Numbered from the stretch's first letter, positions 36,344 through 45,498 are shown. The stretch is DNA of 64,000 nucleotides from Candidatus Shapirobacteria bacterium (GCA_041659325.1 JBAZYN010000002.1:513-64512); one strand, 5' to 3'. Numbers and translations: made by a program. Notes: generated from the letters alone by a model not told the origin.

Positions 36344-37087
36344 ATGACAAACGTGGTAATGAGTGATGAGGCAGAAGGGGCGCTTCAAAATATCTTTGAA
36401 ATTACAAAACCGATTTCTATTTTTGTTTATGGCTCTCGAGCCAGAACAGATTTTAAACCAACCAGTGATTATGAGGTCGGGGCAATTTATTTAAAAGAAA
36501 ATAAACCAAGAAGGGCTGAAATTGCGGCGTTACATAATGTCGAGGGGTTGAATGTTTATCCTTTTGCGGCTGAGGGGCTGAAACAATATAACCTGGATAC
36601 GCCATTTCCCAGGGCAATATATCTTAGGGAACTTATTGGCAGTAGCAGGACAGTATTTGGGCAGGAGATTTTGGAGAAAATGGAGCTGCCGGTGATTAGA
36701 TTAACAGATTTATTGGAGAGTGCGGCTTTTGAAGTGGCTACAGCGTTTGCGGCAGTTAGGTCGTTTAGAACAAATGATTTAATAACTACTTCGATAAACT
36801 TTAAATCAGCGCTCTTTGGGGCCAGGATTTTGGAAATTTTAGAACTAAAGAAATTTCCTTTAACTTATGATGGAATCTTTGAAACGACAAAACAGTTAGA
36901 CCTAAGTCCTGAATATTTGCCCTTACTTGATCATGCCATGAGAGTAAGGCGGGGAGAAAAAATTCAGGAACAATTTTTATTTACGAACATTACTTTTTTA
37001 AACCAAGAAGTTCTTAAAAAGGTAAAACATGAATTATCGGCAAGTGGCGATAGAACGGTTTTACCGGGGAAGAAAATTGAGTGGTAG
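36344..37087 (+). CDS. Pol-beta superfamily nucleotidyltransferase with helical C-terminal domain (KNTase/ANT-like architecture)
   Basis: IFVYGSRARTDFKPTSDYEVGAIY (hG[GS]...DxE), followed by ~150 aa of helical domain. Confidence 0.55.
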   Translation: MTNVVMSDEAEGALQNIFEITKPISIFVYGSRARTDFKPTSDYEVGAIYLKENKPRRAEIAALHNVEGLNVYPFAAEGLKQYNLDTPFPRAIYLRELIGSSRTVFGQEILEKMELPVIRLTDLLESAAFEVATAFAAVRSFRTNDLITTSINFKSALFGARILEILELKKFPLTYDGIFETTKQLDLSPEYLPLLDHAMRVRRGEKIQEQFLFTNITFLNQEVLKKVKHELSASGDRTVLPGKKIEW

Positions 37088-37177
37088 GAGCTTGGGGCTT
37101 TTTCCCAAACAGAATTGGCTGATGAAACCCCGAAATAAAAAAAGTTATAATGAGGGGTGGGAATAGAAGAGGGATAA

Positions 37178-38056
37178 ATGGTTGCAAGTCAAAGACCGAT
37201 AAAATGTGAGGAGAGACCTGAGTTGGTATCAGCAGTTTCCCAAAAATTAGGACATGCATATAAGTTGTTGGGGATTCCCGAGCCTAAGCTGCTGCCGGTA
37301 TCAATAGATTTTGAAGAAATTCCATATCTTGCAAAAGTAGATGTTACGAAAATCGGGGTAAGGGTAGCCTGTGACGAGAGATTTAGAACAAAAGAACAAG
37401 AGGATACTGCTTTGGTGGAATTTAGGTTAGAGGGAAACAACTTCCCCGGGACAGAGATAGTGTTGGCCCATGAGCTAGCGCACATCGGTCTTTGGGCTCT
37501 GACCGGGCAAGAAAGGCAACCGCCAACGAGGTTATTTGATGAAGGATTTGCGAATATTATCGAGAATGCGGCTGAGGCTGAAGATATTGAAGACTTAGAG
37601 CTAAGGGCAAGAGAGGAAACACGGGAAATGATGGCTTCTCACCCGGATGCATATGCAAGATGCCTGGAAATAGACCGGCCGGTTACCCAGACAGAGGCAC
37701 CACAGTTAAACGGGGTGGATGCAGTAGTGGGGAGGGCATTTTTGTTGTGGGCACGGCAAAAGGGCGGAAACCAGGCAATGATTGACTTGCTATCTCATTC
37801 ACCATCGGCAACTAAAAGAAATGACGAGGAGTTTGAGCCGGTGGCCTTGAAAGATGAGTGGGCAAATAATGAGGAGTACAATGAGTTGGTTGAAAAGATG
37901 ATATCAGGGGAAATACAACCTGAAGATTTTCCCCAAGAGGCCTATGAGTGGGAAAGAAAACAGCTAAAATGGGCGATATTAAAAATAACCGGAGCGGGAA
38001 ATATGGATGAAGTTAAACGAAAATTTTCCGAATGGGTTGAAGAAGGAAGAAAATAG
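37178..38056 (+). CDS. hypothetical HExxH protein (putative zinc-dependent hydrolase/peptidase)
   Basis: EIVLAHELAHIGLW motif. GC-rich, acidic C-terminus. Confidence 0.4.
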   Translation: MVASQRPIKCEERPELVSAVSQKLGHAYKLLGIPEPKLLPVSIDFEEIPYLAKVDVTKIGVRVACDERFRTKEQEDTALVEFRLEGNNFPGTEIVLAHELAHIGLWALTGQERQPPTRLFDEGFANIIENAAEAEDIEDLELRAREETREMMASHPDAYARCLEIDRPVTQTEAPQLNGVDAVVGRAFLLWARQKGGNQAMIDLLSHSPSATKRNDEEFEPVALKDEWANNEEYNELVEKMISGEIQPEDFPQEAYEWERKQLKWAILKITGAGNMDEVKRKFSEWVEEGRK

Positions 38057-38137
38057 GTAGCAAGATGGATATGTTTGTGGGAAGCAAAGAAGTAGTCTAA
38101 TGATGATTTATTTGAGGTTGATAAGAAGTAAAGAGGA

Positions 38138-38971
38138 TTGCGGTATAATAGCCTGATGGATATTTTGTGCTGGAACATAATGAGCGGAGGGTTTAATGGC
38201 TACGACAGTATGGCCAGTAAACCCGAAAGGTTAGATTTGTTGGTAGAAGCAATAAAGGGAGTTAACGCCGATTTTGTCAGTTTGGTTGACACACACAGAT
38301 GGACTGAGGTGTTTACGCCTGATGATTTGAGAGGATTATTTGGATATGAAAATGTCTATTTTGTGGGGCTTAATGACCAGAGGCTTAAGGTAAAAGGGCA
38401 TGATAATGGTATTGCTGTTTTAACACGATTGCCGATTACAAGATTTGAGACGGTGAGATTGGCAACGAGAAATGCAATTAGATCTGTGATTATGAATGGA
38501 GGAAAAGAATTGGAGATATTTTCAGTATATTTGGATGACTTAAGTGAGGATACGAGACTAAGGCAGGTAATGGCACTTTTGGGGCTAATTGATTTTGCTA
38601 AACCGACGGTATTTGCCGGAGACTTAAATACCATAAGTGCAAGTGAGGTACCGGAAGCGAGGGAAAATATAGAGAAGTTATTTTCTAGATACCCGCAAGC
38701 CCGGGTGATGGAGCCGTCTTTGAGGGAAATGATGCGGGGAGAGGTGATCAAAAAAATCGAAGAAAGGGGTTTTGTTGATATGGGAAAAGGGGCGGGAAAT
38801 ACAATACCGAGTAAACTGTCGCCTATTCCAATAGATAGACCTTTATTAAGGTTAGATTACGGCTTTTGCACCAAAGGGGTGGTAGTGGAAGGTTTTGAGG
38901 TATTAAGGGAAGAGATATTTGACAAGGTGTCGGATCATTATCCTATTAGGATGAAGGTTTCCTTGGGATGA
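38138..38971 (+). CDS. endonuclease/exonuclease/phosphatase (EEP) family protein
   Basis: ILCWNIMSGG, FAGDLNTI, SDHYPIRMKV are the EEP catalytic motifs. Confidence 0.75.
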   Translation: MRYNSLMDILCWNIMSGGFNGYDSMASKPERLDLLVEAIKGVNADFVSLVDTHRWTEVFTPDDLRGLFGYENVYFVGLNDQRLKVKGHDNGIAVLTRLPITRFETVRLATRNAIRSVIMNGGKELEIFSVYLDDLSEDTRLRQVMALLGLIDFAKPTVFAGDLNTISASEVPEARENIEKLFSRYPQARVMEPSLREMMRGEVIKKIEERGFVDMGKGAGNTIPSKLSPIPIDRPLLRLDYGFCTKGVVVEGFEVLREEIFDKVSDHYPIRMKVSLG

Positions 38972-39076
38972 ACGTCGGGTAAAATGATTGGGGAGTAATA
39001 AAAGAAAAACGCAACCTAACGTTTGCCTGTTTTGTATTGAATAAGAAGATAAATAGGATTGGGGTAAAATGTAATA

Positions 39077-39598
39077 ATGAAGTTAAATATTAACCCACCA
39101 GACTTTATTTATTGTCCATTTTGCGGTAATAAATTAGAAATAAAGTTTGACGGTGAAAAAGAAAGAAAATATTGTCTCACCGACAATTGGACTTATTATC
39201 CGTTTGTGGCCAACGCAGTCGGTGCCGTGATTCGGAACGGCGATAAAGTACTACTGGTTAAACGGAACAAAGAACCGTATAAAAATACATGGATGTTCCC
39301 TGCTGGGTTTGTAGATTATGGGGAGCACCCGGAAGATTCATTGGCCAGAGAGGTAAAAGAAGAGACGGGATTGGATGTAATAAGTTCTAGTTTAATGGGA
39401 ATATTTCAGGTTGACGATGATCCCCGGAGTCCAGGCCATTTTGATTTTTTTTACGAGGTAAAAGTTGGGTTGAAGAATGAGATTAAAACCGATAAAGACG
39501 AGAATAACGATATTAATTGGTTTGACTTAATAAATTTACCGGAAATAGGATGGCATACTCATCAGAAGGTTGTAGATATTGTTAGAAAAGAAGTCTAA
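39077..39598 (+). CDS. NUDIX hydrolase with N-terminal zinc ribbon (NudC-like)
   Basis: CPFCGNKL...KYC ribbon plus Nudix box GFVDYGEHPEDSLAREVKEETGL. Confidence 0.8.
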   Translation: MKLNINPPDFIYCPFCGNKLEIKFDGEKERKYCLTDNWTYYPFVANAVGAVIRNGDKVLLVKRNKEPYKNTWMFPAGFVDYGEHPEDSLAREVKEETGLDVISSSLMGIFQVDDDPRSPGHFDFFYEVKVGLKNEIKTDKDENNDINWFDLINLPEIGWHTHQKVVDIVRKEV

Positions 39599-39705
39599 AG
39601 TGAGCGTCAGACAAAATGATGTGGAGTAATAAAAGAAAAATATAACTTAACCATTGCCTGGTTTGAGATTGGCAAGAAAAAGCGGAATTGGAGTAAAATC
39701 AGATC

Positions 39706-40383
39706 ATGAAAAGTGACCACTTAATAAGTTCTTCTGAGGCAGGATTTGGAAAAAGGCTTAGAGATATTGAGCTGTGGGGGGATAAAGAAGGACAAATCGT
39801 GACGAACTATCAGGAAATATCCGAATATATCGCAAGAAGGATTTTTTCTAAAACCGGGGATAAAAGTATATTGGAAATTTGTTGCGGGATAGGATCTCTT
39901 ACTGTGTTTTTGGCTAAAGTTTTTAGCCGGGTAATTGCGGTTGATATTAATCCAATTCGAATTGTAGCGGCAAATAAAAATCTACAATTAAACAATTTAA
40001 TAAACAGAGTCGATTTAATAACCGGAGATATTGAAAACGAAAAGGTTATTAACAAAATTTGTAATAAATACAAGATTGGGGCTGTTTGTACGGATGTCAC
40101 ATGGTCTGAAACCGGTATCTACGGACAAGATCATACGGATGACTTGGATAAAACTACACCAGCTACGGATAAATTATTTAAGTTATTGACTGATAGAGAT
40201 TGGAAAAATATCTGTATGAGACTACCAAAAACGATTGACTATAAACAATTAATGGGTTTGGGGTCGGTAGAAATTGAAGAAATTTCCATAAATGGAGAAT
40301 TAAAGTTTATTTACGCTTATTTTGGCATGCTAGTTAAGGATATCGGAATAACAAAGAAGAACTTTCGGATAGACAGAAAATAA
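39706..40383 (+). CDS. class I SAM-dependent methyltransferase resembling RNA cap guanine-N2 methyltransferase (Tgs1/Methyltransf_15-like)
   Basis: ILEICCGIGSLTVFLA...VIAVDINPIRIVAANKN...VDLITGDI parallels the Tgs1 pattern DAFCGVGGN...VIAIDIDP...FICGD. Confidence 0.55.
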   Translation: MKSDHLISSSEAGFGKRLRDIELWGDKEGQIVTNYQEISEYIARRIFSKTGDKSILEICCGIGSLTVFLAKVFSRVIAVDINPIRIVAANKNLQLNNLINRVDLITGDIENEKVINKICNKYKIGAVCTDVTWSETGIYGQDHTDDLDKTTPATDKLFKLLTDRDWKNICMRLPKTIDYKQLMGLGSVEIEEISINGELKFIYAYFGMLVKDIGITKKNFRIDRK

Positions 40384-40461
40384 AGATTACAGCTGAACAA
40401 TGACCTTGTTTTGGACTGATAAAGAGATTAGGAGGATAGGAACAGGGTGTAAAATCTGACA

Positions 40462-41208
40462 GTGAAAGACAATTTATTAGTCAAATGCAAAGAACTAATT
40501 CGGGCATATAAAAACGGTTTGTTAGGTATCTGCACTATGCCGGAAGACAGCAACCCTGGGTTTGACGAAGATGATGGAGAACTAAGACTTGCCTATTTTA
40601 CTTTGCCAATGAGTCTTAACTACCAGCGAGACAGTTACAAATTATGGGAAGCCGCACTTAAGGCGTACAAGGATAAGGCAGTTCAAAACATATTTGATGT
40701 AAAATCGGTATCGGAGATGTCCTCGGAAGAATTAAGAAGTAAGTTACTGAAATATAAAGTTGCTCTTCAACCAAATAAACACATCAATACTTGGAAAACC
40801 ATTTCGGAGACAATTTTGAATAACTGGGGTAGTTTCAAAAACTTGTTTGAATCAACGAATTTTGATTTGGAGATTATCAAGGAATTGATTCAAAAAAAAT
40901 ATAAAAGAGGCTTTCCTTATTTATCCGGACCTAAGATATTTAATTACTGGAGTTTTATTATAGGCACTTACGGAAGGATACCCCTTAAGAATAGACAATT
41001 AATTGAGATTGCCCCAGATACTCATGTGATTAAATGTTCAGTGGCTTTGGGATTAATTAGCATCGCGGAAGCAGAAAGACTAAGTAGGGACGAAATATCA
41101 AAACGATGGAGAGATGCTTTGGAGGGCTCAGGAATTAGTCCAATTGAGATGCATCCCCCTTTGTGGTTTTGGAGCCGGAATGGGTTTGTTTATAAACTTC
41201 GAAACTGA
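40462..41208 (+). CDS. HhH-GPD superfamily glycosylase-like protein
   Basis: FPYLSGPKIFNYWSFIIGTYGRIPL...IAPDTHVIK fits the helix-hairpin-helix Gly/Pro loop plus catalytic Asp pattern. Confidence 0.5.
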   Translation: MKDNLLVKCKELIRAYKNGLLGICTMPEDSNPGFDEDDGELRLAYFTLPMSLNYQRDSYKLWEAALKAYKDKAVQNIFDVKSVSEMSSEELRSKLLKYKVALQPNKHINTWKTISETILNNWGSFKNLFESTNFDLEIIKELIQKKYKRGFPYLSGPKIFNYWSFIIGTYGRIPLKNRQLIEIAPDTHVIKCSVALGLISIAEAERLSRDEISKRWRDALEGSGISPIEMHPPLWFWSRNGFVYKLRN

Positions 41209-41283
41209 ATATTGCGGGTACCTCGAAGATTGTAGAACCGGGATAGGTGGACCAATTTTTGAACTTTCGGAGTAAAATACGAT

Positions 41284-41760
41284 ATGGGTGGAGATTTTAA
41301 GTGGGTGTCTACAACAAATATGTTTGTAATGGATGGGAGTAAAGTGCTAGTGATTAAAAGAGGAGAGGAAGAGAAAGATTTTCCCGGTTGGTATATGCTG
41401 CCCGGAGGGAAGCAAGAAGCGAATGAAACACCGATACAGACTGCAATTAGAGAAACTTTTGAAGAGACGGGAATAAAGGTAACAAATCCAAAATTAAGAG
41501 TTTTGGCGACACACAATCACGAATACCGGGAAAGAATGTATCTGGTATACATATTCTCATCTACCGAATTCTTGGGACAAATTGTCCAGTCAGATGAAGG
41601 AACCGCGATGTGGATGCCGATTGATGAACTTATAAATAACCCAAAGTTATACCCGGACTTAAAGAGACATATTAGAATGATTATAGGGGACGAAGAGCAT
41701 GAAGTATTGTTTACGTATCATAAGTTTGACGATAACTTGAATATCATCGAGGAAGCCTGA
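41284..41760 (+). CDS. NUDIX hydrolase
   Basis: Nudix box GGKQEANETPIQTAIRETFEETGI. Confidence 0.8.
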   Translation: MGGDFKWVSTTNMFVMDGSKVLVIKRGEEEKDFPGWYMLPGGKQEANETPIQTAIRETFEETGIKVTNPKLRVLATHNHEYRERMYLVYIFSSTEFLGQIVQSDEGTAMWMPIDELINNPKLYPDLKRHIRMIIGDEEHEVLFTYHKFDDNLNIIEEA

Positions 41761-41763
41761 GCT

Positions 41764-42555
41764 ATGGATCGGGAGAGTATAGGAGAAGAAATTGAGAAGG
41801 AAAGAAGAGGCCCTAAAATCATTGGAGTAATCGGGCCTCACAGAATAGGAAAGGATACTGTAATTGATGGACTGGTTTCAAGCTTATCGGGCAAAGATGT
41901 GAGAAAGTTTTCAATCGGTGAATATATCAGGGATAGGCTTTATGAAACGGATGATCCTGCCGGAGCAGAGGTACTTTTTGCCAGAGAATTGGAAGAAGCG
42001 AAGGTTGAGAGCGAAGATACTCGTTTGAATAAACTGTCGGGGAGACAACTGGTGGGGGAAATTAAACATAATTATGACAATAGATTACCCATTCCGGAGG
42101 AAGTGGCCGACTGGATATTTAAAGGATTTCTCGAGAGTTGTTCTGAGGATACTATAGTGCTGATGTCTGGAGGGCCTTATTCTGTAATTGATCTGAAGTT
42201 CATGGAGAAACATTCTCCTCCAATGGGGTTGATTTTGCTAGCCCCGACCTCTAGGGATTGGATGGAAGAAATTCCCAGAAGGGCGGCGTTTGGGGAGAGG
42301 GAGAGTATGCGTGACCCAGAAGAAGAGTGGAACAAATGGAGAGGAAGGGTGGCGGAAGTGATGCGACACGCTTATTCGATGGGATACCCGGTACTACATG
42401 TGAATATGAGAAACCCCGGGTTGTCTATAGAAAATGTTAATAGTCAAATACAAGGTGCCCTTGGTGAGTTTGTGGAGGGGGTAGCAGAGGGGCGAACACT
42501 CTCGAAATTGAAAAAAATTGATATTGGTGGGGATGAGAGGTTAGGACGAAATTAA
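41764..42555 (+). CDS. P-loop NTPase, predicted nucleotide/nucleoside kinase-like
   Basis: Walker A-like IGVIGPHRIGKDTV near the N-terminus. 263 aa; no other clear family signature. Confidence 0.45.
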   Translation: MDRESIGEEIEKERRGPKIIGVIGPHRIGKDTVIDGLVSSLSGKDVRKFSIGEYIRDRLYETDDPAGAEVLFARELEEAKVESEDTRLNKLSGRQLVGEIKHNYDNRLPIPEEVADWIFKGFLESCSEDTIVLMSGGPYSVIDLKFMEKHSPPMGLILLAPTSRDWMEEIPRRAAFGERESMRDPEEEWNKWRGRVAEVMRHAYSMGYPVLHVNMRNPGLSIENVNSQIQGALGEFVEGVAEGRTLSKLKKIDIGGDERLGRN

Positions 42556-42673
42556 GGTGGTTCTAAAATCGAAGAGATGGACTATGGAATTGCCAGATAG
42601 TAGTGCAATGGCTTAATAATTAATTGCTTTGGGGTTGATAATAAAGTCAGGAGAATTGGAGTAAGATCTTAGT

Positions 42674-43351
42674 ATGAATTATGTGGTTGGTGGTGTGGCG
42701 GTGGCGATATTATTCTGTTTAGTGTTTACCCTTAGTATTGTGATAAATAATAACTCTTTGGGAAAAACTAATCATACGGCGATAATCGTATTGGGTTTGG
42801 GAGAAAACCGGGAATCTAAAACCGTGGAATATCTATGGAAAAGGCAAGGAGTAAAAGTGATATTTTTTCAACCTAACTGGAAAAGTGAAGAAAAACTACA
42901 GGATAAACTAAAAAGATTGTCAGATTTAATTGATAAAGAAGCAATGGGGAATAAGGTTTCTCTAGTAGGTGTGAGTGCCGGAGGAAGTCTGGTAATCAAT
43001 GCTTTCGTCGAAAATAAAAATAAAGTTGATAAAGTAATCACTTTATGTGCCCGCTTAAGAAAGGGTGAAATGACAGGCTTCCGAGGTTTTGAAGAAAGAA
43101 CAAAAGGTTATCCGGCTTTTCGGGATTCAGTTATCTTGGCAGAAAAAGTAGAAAAGTTATTTGATGAAAATGATAGAAAAAAAATTATGACCGTTCATGC
43201 ATTGTTAGGTGACGAATTGGTACCTCAAAATACGACAACGATTGAAGGAGCAAAGAATATAACCGTGCCGACGGGAGAACATGTAATTAGTAGTGCGGCC
43301 AGTTTGACGATATTTTCTAAACCTTTAGTTAAATTTATTTTAGAAAAATAG
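42674..43351 (+). CDS. small alpha/beta-hydrolase (paralog B, N-terminal TM anchor)
   Basis: GVSAGGS elbow; LCARLRKGE; GDELVP; TGEHVI. Collinear with paralog A throughout. Confidence 0.6.
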   Translation: MNYVVGGVAVAILFCLVFTLSIVINNNSLGKTNHTAIIVLGLGENRESKTVEYLWKRQGVKVIFFQPNWKSEEKLQDKLKRLSDLIDKEAMGNKVSLVGVSAGGSLVINAFVENKNKVDKVITLCARLRKGEMTGFRGFEERTKGYPAFRDSVILAEKVEKLFDENDRKKIMTVHALLGDELVPQNTTTIEGAKNITVPTGEHVISSAASLTIFSKPLVKFILEK

Positions 43352-43477
43352 GCTTGAGACCTGACGGTTGAATCCGTATGTTTGTAACAAATTACCAATA
43401 GTTCTGCAATATTTCTAATTGATTTTGTATTTTTTATAGGTTACACTATCGTTGTTTATTAGAATTCATTAATAAAA

Positions 43478-44368
43478 ATGGGTATAGAACGGGGAGTACA
43501 AACAAAAGAATTTCCCACTGCCACAAGGTATCAATTTTCCGAATGGGATGAAAAAAAACAGGAATATGTCTGGACTGACGGAAAAGAAACTTTGGCTGGC
43601 GAAAAAGGACAACTTTCAGTGGGACACTACGAAGGGGAAGGGTTAAGAGAAGCGTTAAGGGTAAATACCGGCATGGCCAGATTTGTTTTGGTTGATAACG
43701 GAACAGCATCTCTGGAAGGCCAGATTGTTGATTCAAAAAGTTTGGTTTACATCCCTGCCGGAGCATCTGTGAATCTTGGGGAAGTCCAGGGCGGGGCTTG
43801 GATTGTGGAAGTAACGGCAACTCTTTCTGAAGAAAATACTAAGGCAACTATTCTTCCGGTTTCGGTTAATCCAACTAGTCATGCTGCCTGGTTTGGTTCT
43901 TGGACTTCGGTTGGTGGCCAAAACCTTGGTATCCCTCCTTCGATTCATTTCGGAATTGAAGAGGGATCGGTTACGGAAATTATCACCGCCGGATTGGGCA
44001 CAGAATATACTCCATGGAGCCTTCGGAATTTATCAGAAGAAAAACAAACAAAAGCTAGAGCAGCAGTGGCCGATAATAAAAATGCAGAACTTCTCCATGG
44101 ACATAATGATACGACTGAAATTTACGTTTGTGTTGAAAATCGAACAGTAGTTGATATTCAACCTAACAACGCTCCTCCTACAAATGAAATAGATCACCAA
44201 CAATCGGTACCTTTAGGGCCAGGAATGATGGTAGTCGTTGGACCCAGTACAGGATACTCTCACCGCGAACCTTCTCCAATAATCAGTGGCAAAATGTTTG
44301 TTATTAAATGGAATGGAGGGGAAATCGTCGATAGGAACGATAAACACCCCCATCCTTTGGCGGGATAG
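43478..44368 (+). CDS. hypothetical protein (possibly cupin-like beta-rich)
   Basis: 296-aa ORF with no recognisable catalytic motifs. Lies between the cassette and tRNA-Cys. Confidence 0.35.
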   Translation: MGIERGVQTKEFPTATRYQFSEWDEKKQEYVWTDGKETLAGEKGQLSVGHYEGEGLREALRVNTGMARFVLVDNGTASLEGQIVDSKSLVYIPAGASVNLGEVQGGAWIVEVTATLSEENTKATILPVSVNPTSHAAWFGSWTSVGGQNLGIPPSIHFGIEEGSVTEIITAGLGTEYTPWSLRNLSEEKQTKARAAVADNKNAELLHGHNDTTEIYVCVENRTVVDIQPNNAPPTNEIDHQQSVPLGPGMMVVVGPSTGYSHREPSPIISGKMFVIKWNGGEIVDRNDKHPHPLAG

Positions 44369-44377
44369 CACGACTTG

Positions 44378-44448
44378 AGACCCGGGTGGGAGTTGAACCC
44401 ACCTAAACGGTTTTGCAGACCGCTGTATAACCGCTTTACTACCGGGTC
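44378..44448 (-). tRNA. tRNA-Cys(GCA)
   Basis: Manual fold: acceptor GACCCGG/CCGGGTC, anticodon stem GCGGT/ACCGT, loop CTGCAAA, T-arm GTGGG-TTCAACT-CCCAC, discriminator U73 (the CysRS identity element). Confidence 0.7.
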
Positions 44449-44515
44449 ATAGACTTAAAAGAGCATACCGGCCCTCCTACGCCAAGGCTACGGCGGGTAA
44501 GATAGCTGTATTGTA

Positions 44516-45496
44516 TCAAAATAGGTGGTTTTCGACCAGATGAGCGCCGGCGCAGGGATGATTTTCGATAATGTCTTTAACATAATCCAGAGATCGAAGT
44601 TTTTTTGTAATTTCGGCGACAGTATTTTGCTCGCAAATCAGATGGACATCCTGACCGGTGTTAAGAGTGAAATAAACCGGTATCCCCTCTTTGCGCCATG
44701 ACTGAACTTGTTTCATAAGCCGGATACTTTCGGGGGTCAGATAAATCAGGGAGGGGGTGGAGGTGATCATGATTGCGTGAAGCTCGAGGGCTTCGGACTC
44801 GACTAATTCACCAAATTTTTCAAAATTTTTGGTTTTGATAAATTCGTTAATTTGGGCAATTTTTGCGGGGAGATTTTTTAGCCTGGTTTTTAAAAATGGA
44901 CTGGTGTGGGCAATCTTGTGGCCATCAGTGGAACCAATGTCTTTTCTAAAATTGGAAACCAGAACCACCACATCGACAATTTTCCAATAGGAGGATGGAT
45001 AAACGGAAACAGCAAAACTTTTATGGTCGGTGCACCCGGCAAGCCACCTGGTAAAACCCGAGGGAATAGAGCGGCAGGCAGAACCAGAGCCGCGGCGGGC
45101 CAAAATTGATAACTCTTTTTCGGATAATTTCAAACCGGCGGCGGCAGAGGCGGCGAGCGCCAGAGCAGCAAAGGCTGAGGCGGATGAAGAAAGACCAGTG
45201 CCGATGGGAAAGGAATTTTTGGAGGCTACTTTGGCAAAATGGGAAATATTATTTTTTTTTCTGATAAGATCCAAAACGTTAACTACTCTGGCAAGTTCGG
45301 TGGCGGCGACCTGATTGCCGGCAATTTCCAGGGAATCGTTTTTGAATTCGCCCGAAAACTCGACGGTGGTAGTGGTCAACATGTTACTTAAATTCATGGA
45401 GATATTGTCGTTCCAGCACAAACGGAGATCGTGGTGGCGGTTGCCCCAGTATTTAATAAAGGCAATGTTTGACGGAGAGGTAGCGGTGGCTTTCAC
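44516..45496 (-). CDS. mvaD: diphosphomevalonate (or phosphomevalonate) decarboxylase, GHMP kinase family
   Basis: N-terminus SPSNIAFIKYWGNR and GHMP motif PIGTGLSSSASAFAALALA. Confidence 0.8.
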   Translation of the reverse strand: MKATATSPSNIAFIKYWGNRHHDLRLCWNDNISMNLSNMLTTTTVEFSGEFKNDSLEIAGNQVAATELARVVNVLDLIRKKNNISHFAKVASKNSFPIGTGLSSSASAFAALALAASAAAGLKLSEKELSILARRGSGSACRSIPSGFTRWLAGCTDHKSFAVSVYPSSYWKIVDVVVLVSNFRKDIGSTDGHKIAHTSPFLKTRLKNLPAKIAQINEFIKTKNFEKFGELVESEALELHAIMITSTPSLIYLTPESIRLMKQVQSWRKEGIPVYFTLNTGQDVHLICEQNTVAEITKKLRSLDYVKDIIENHPCAGAHLVENHLF

Positions 45497-45498
45497 TC

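Larger units (their letters stand above)
35110..44370 (+). other. co-directional accessory cassette (nucleotide/RNA-end-processing enzyme set) between ECF sigma gene and tRNA-Cys
   Basis: Twelve same-strand genes with short gaps, bracketed by paralogous hydrolases. Compositionally mosaic. See findings. Confidence 0.4.

Noticed and set aside
43446-44150. ORFs 43446..43820 (-), 43733..43948 (-), 43881..44150 (+) overlapping the 43478..44368 gene
   Set aside because: Alternative frames of the same region. The long plus-strand ORF is the only one without low-complexity bias. Even that one is low confidence.
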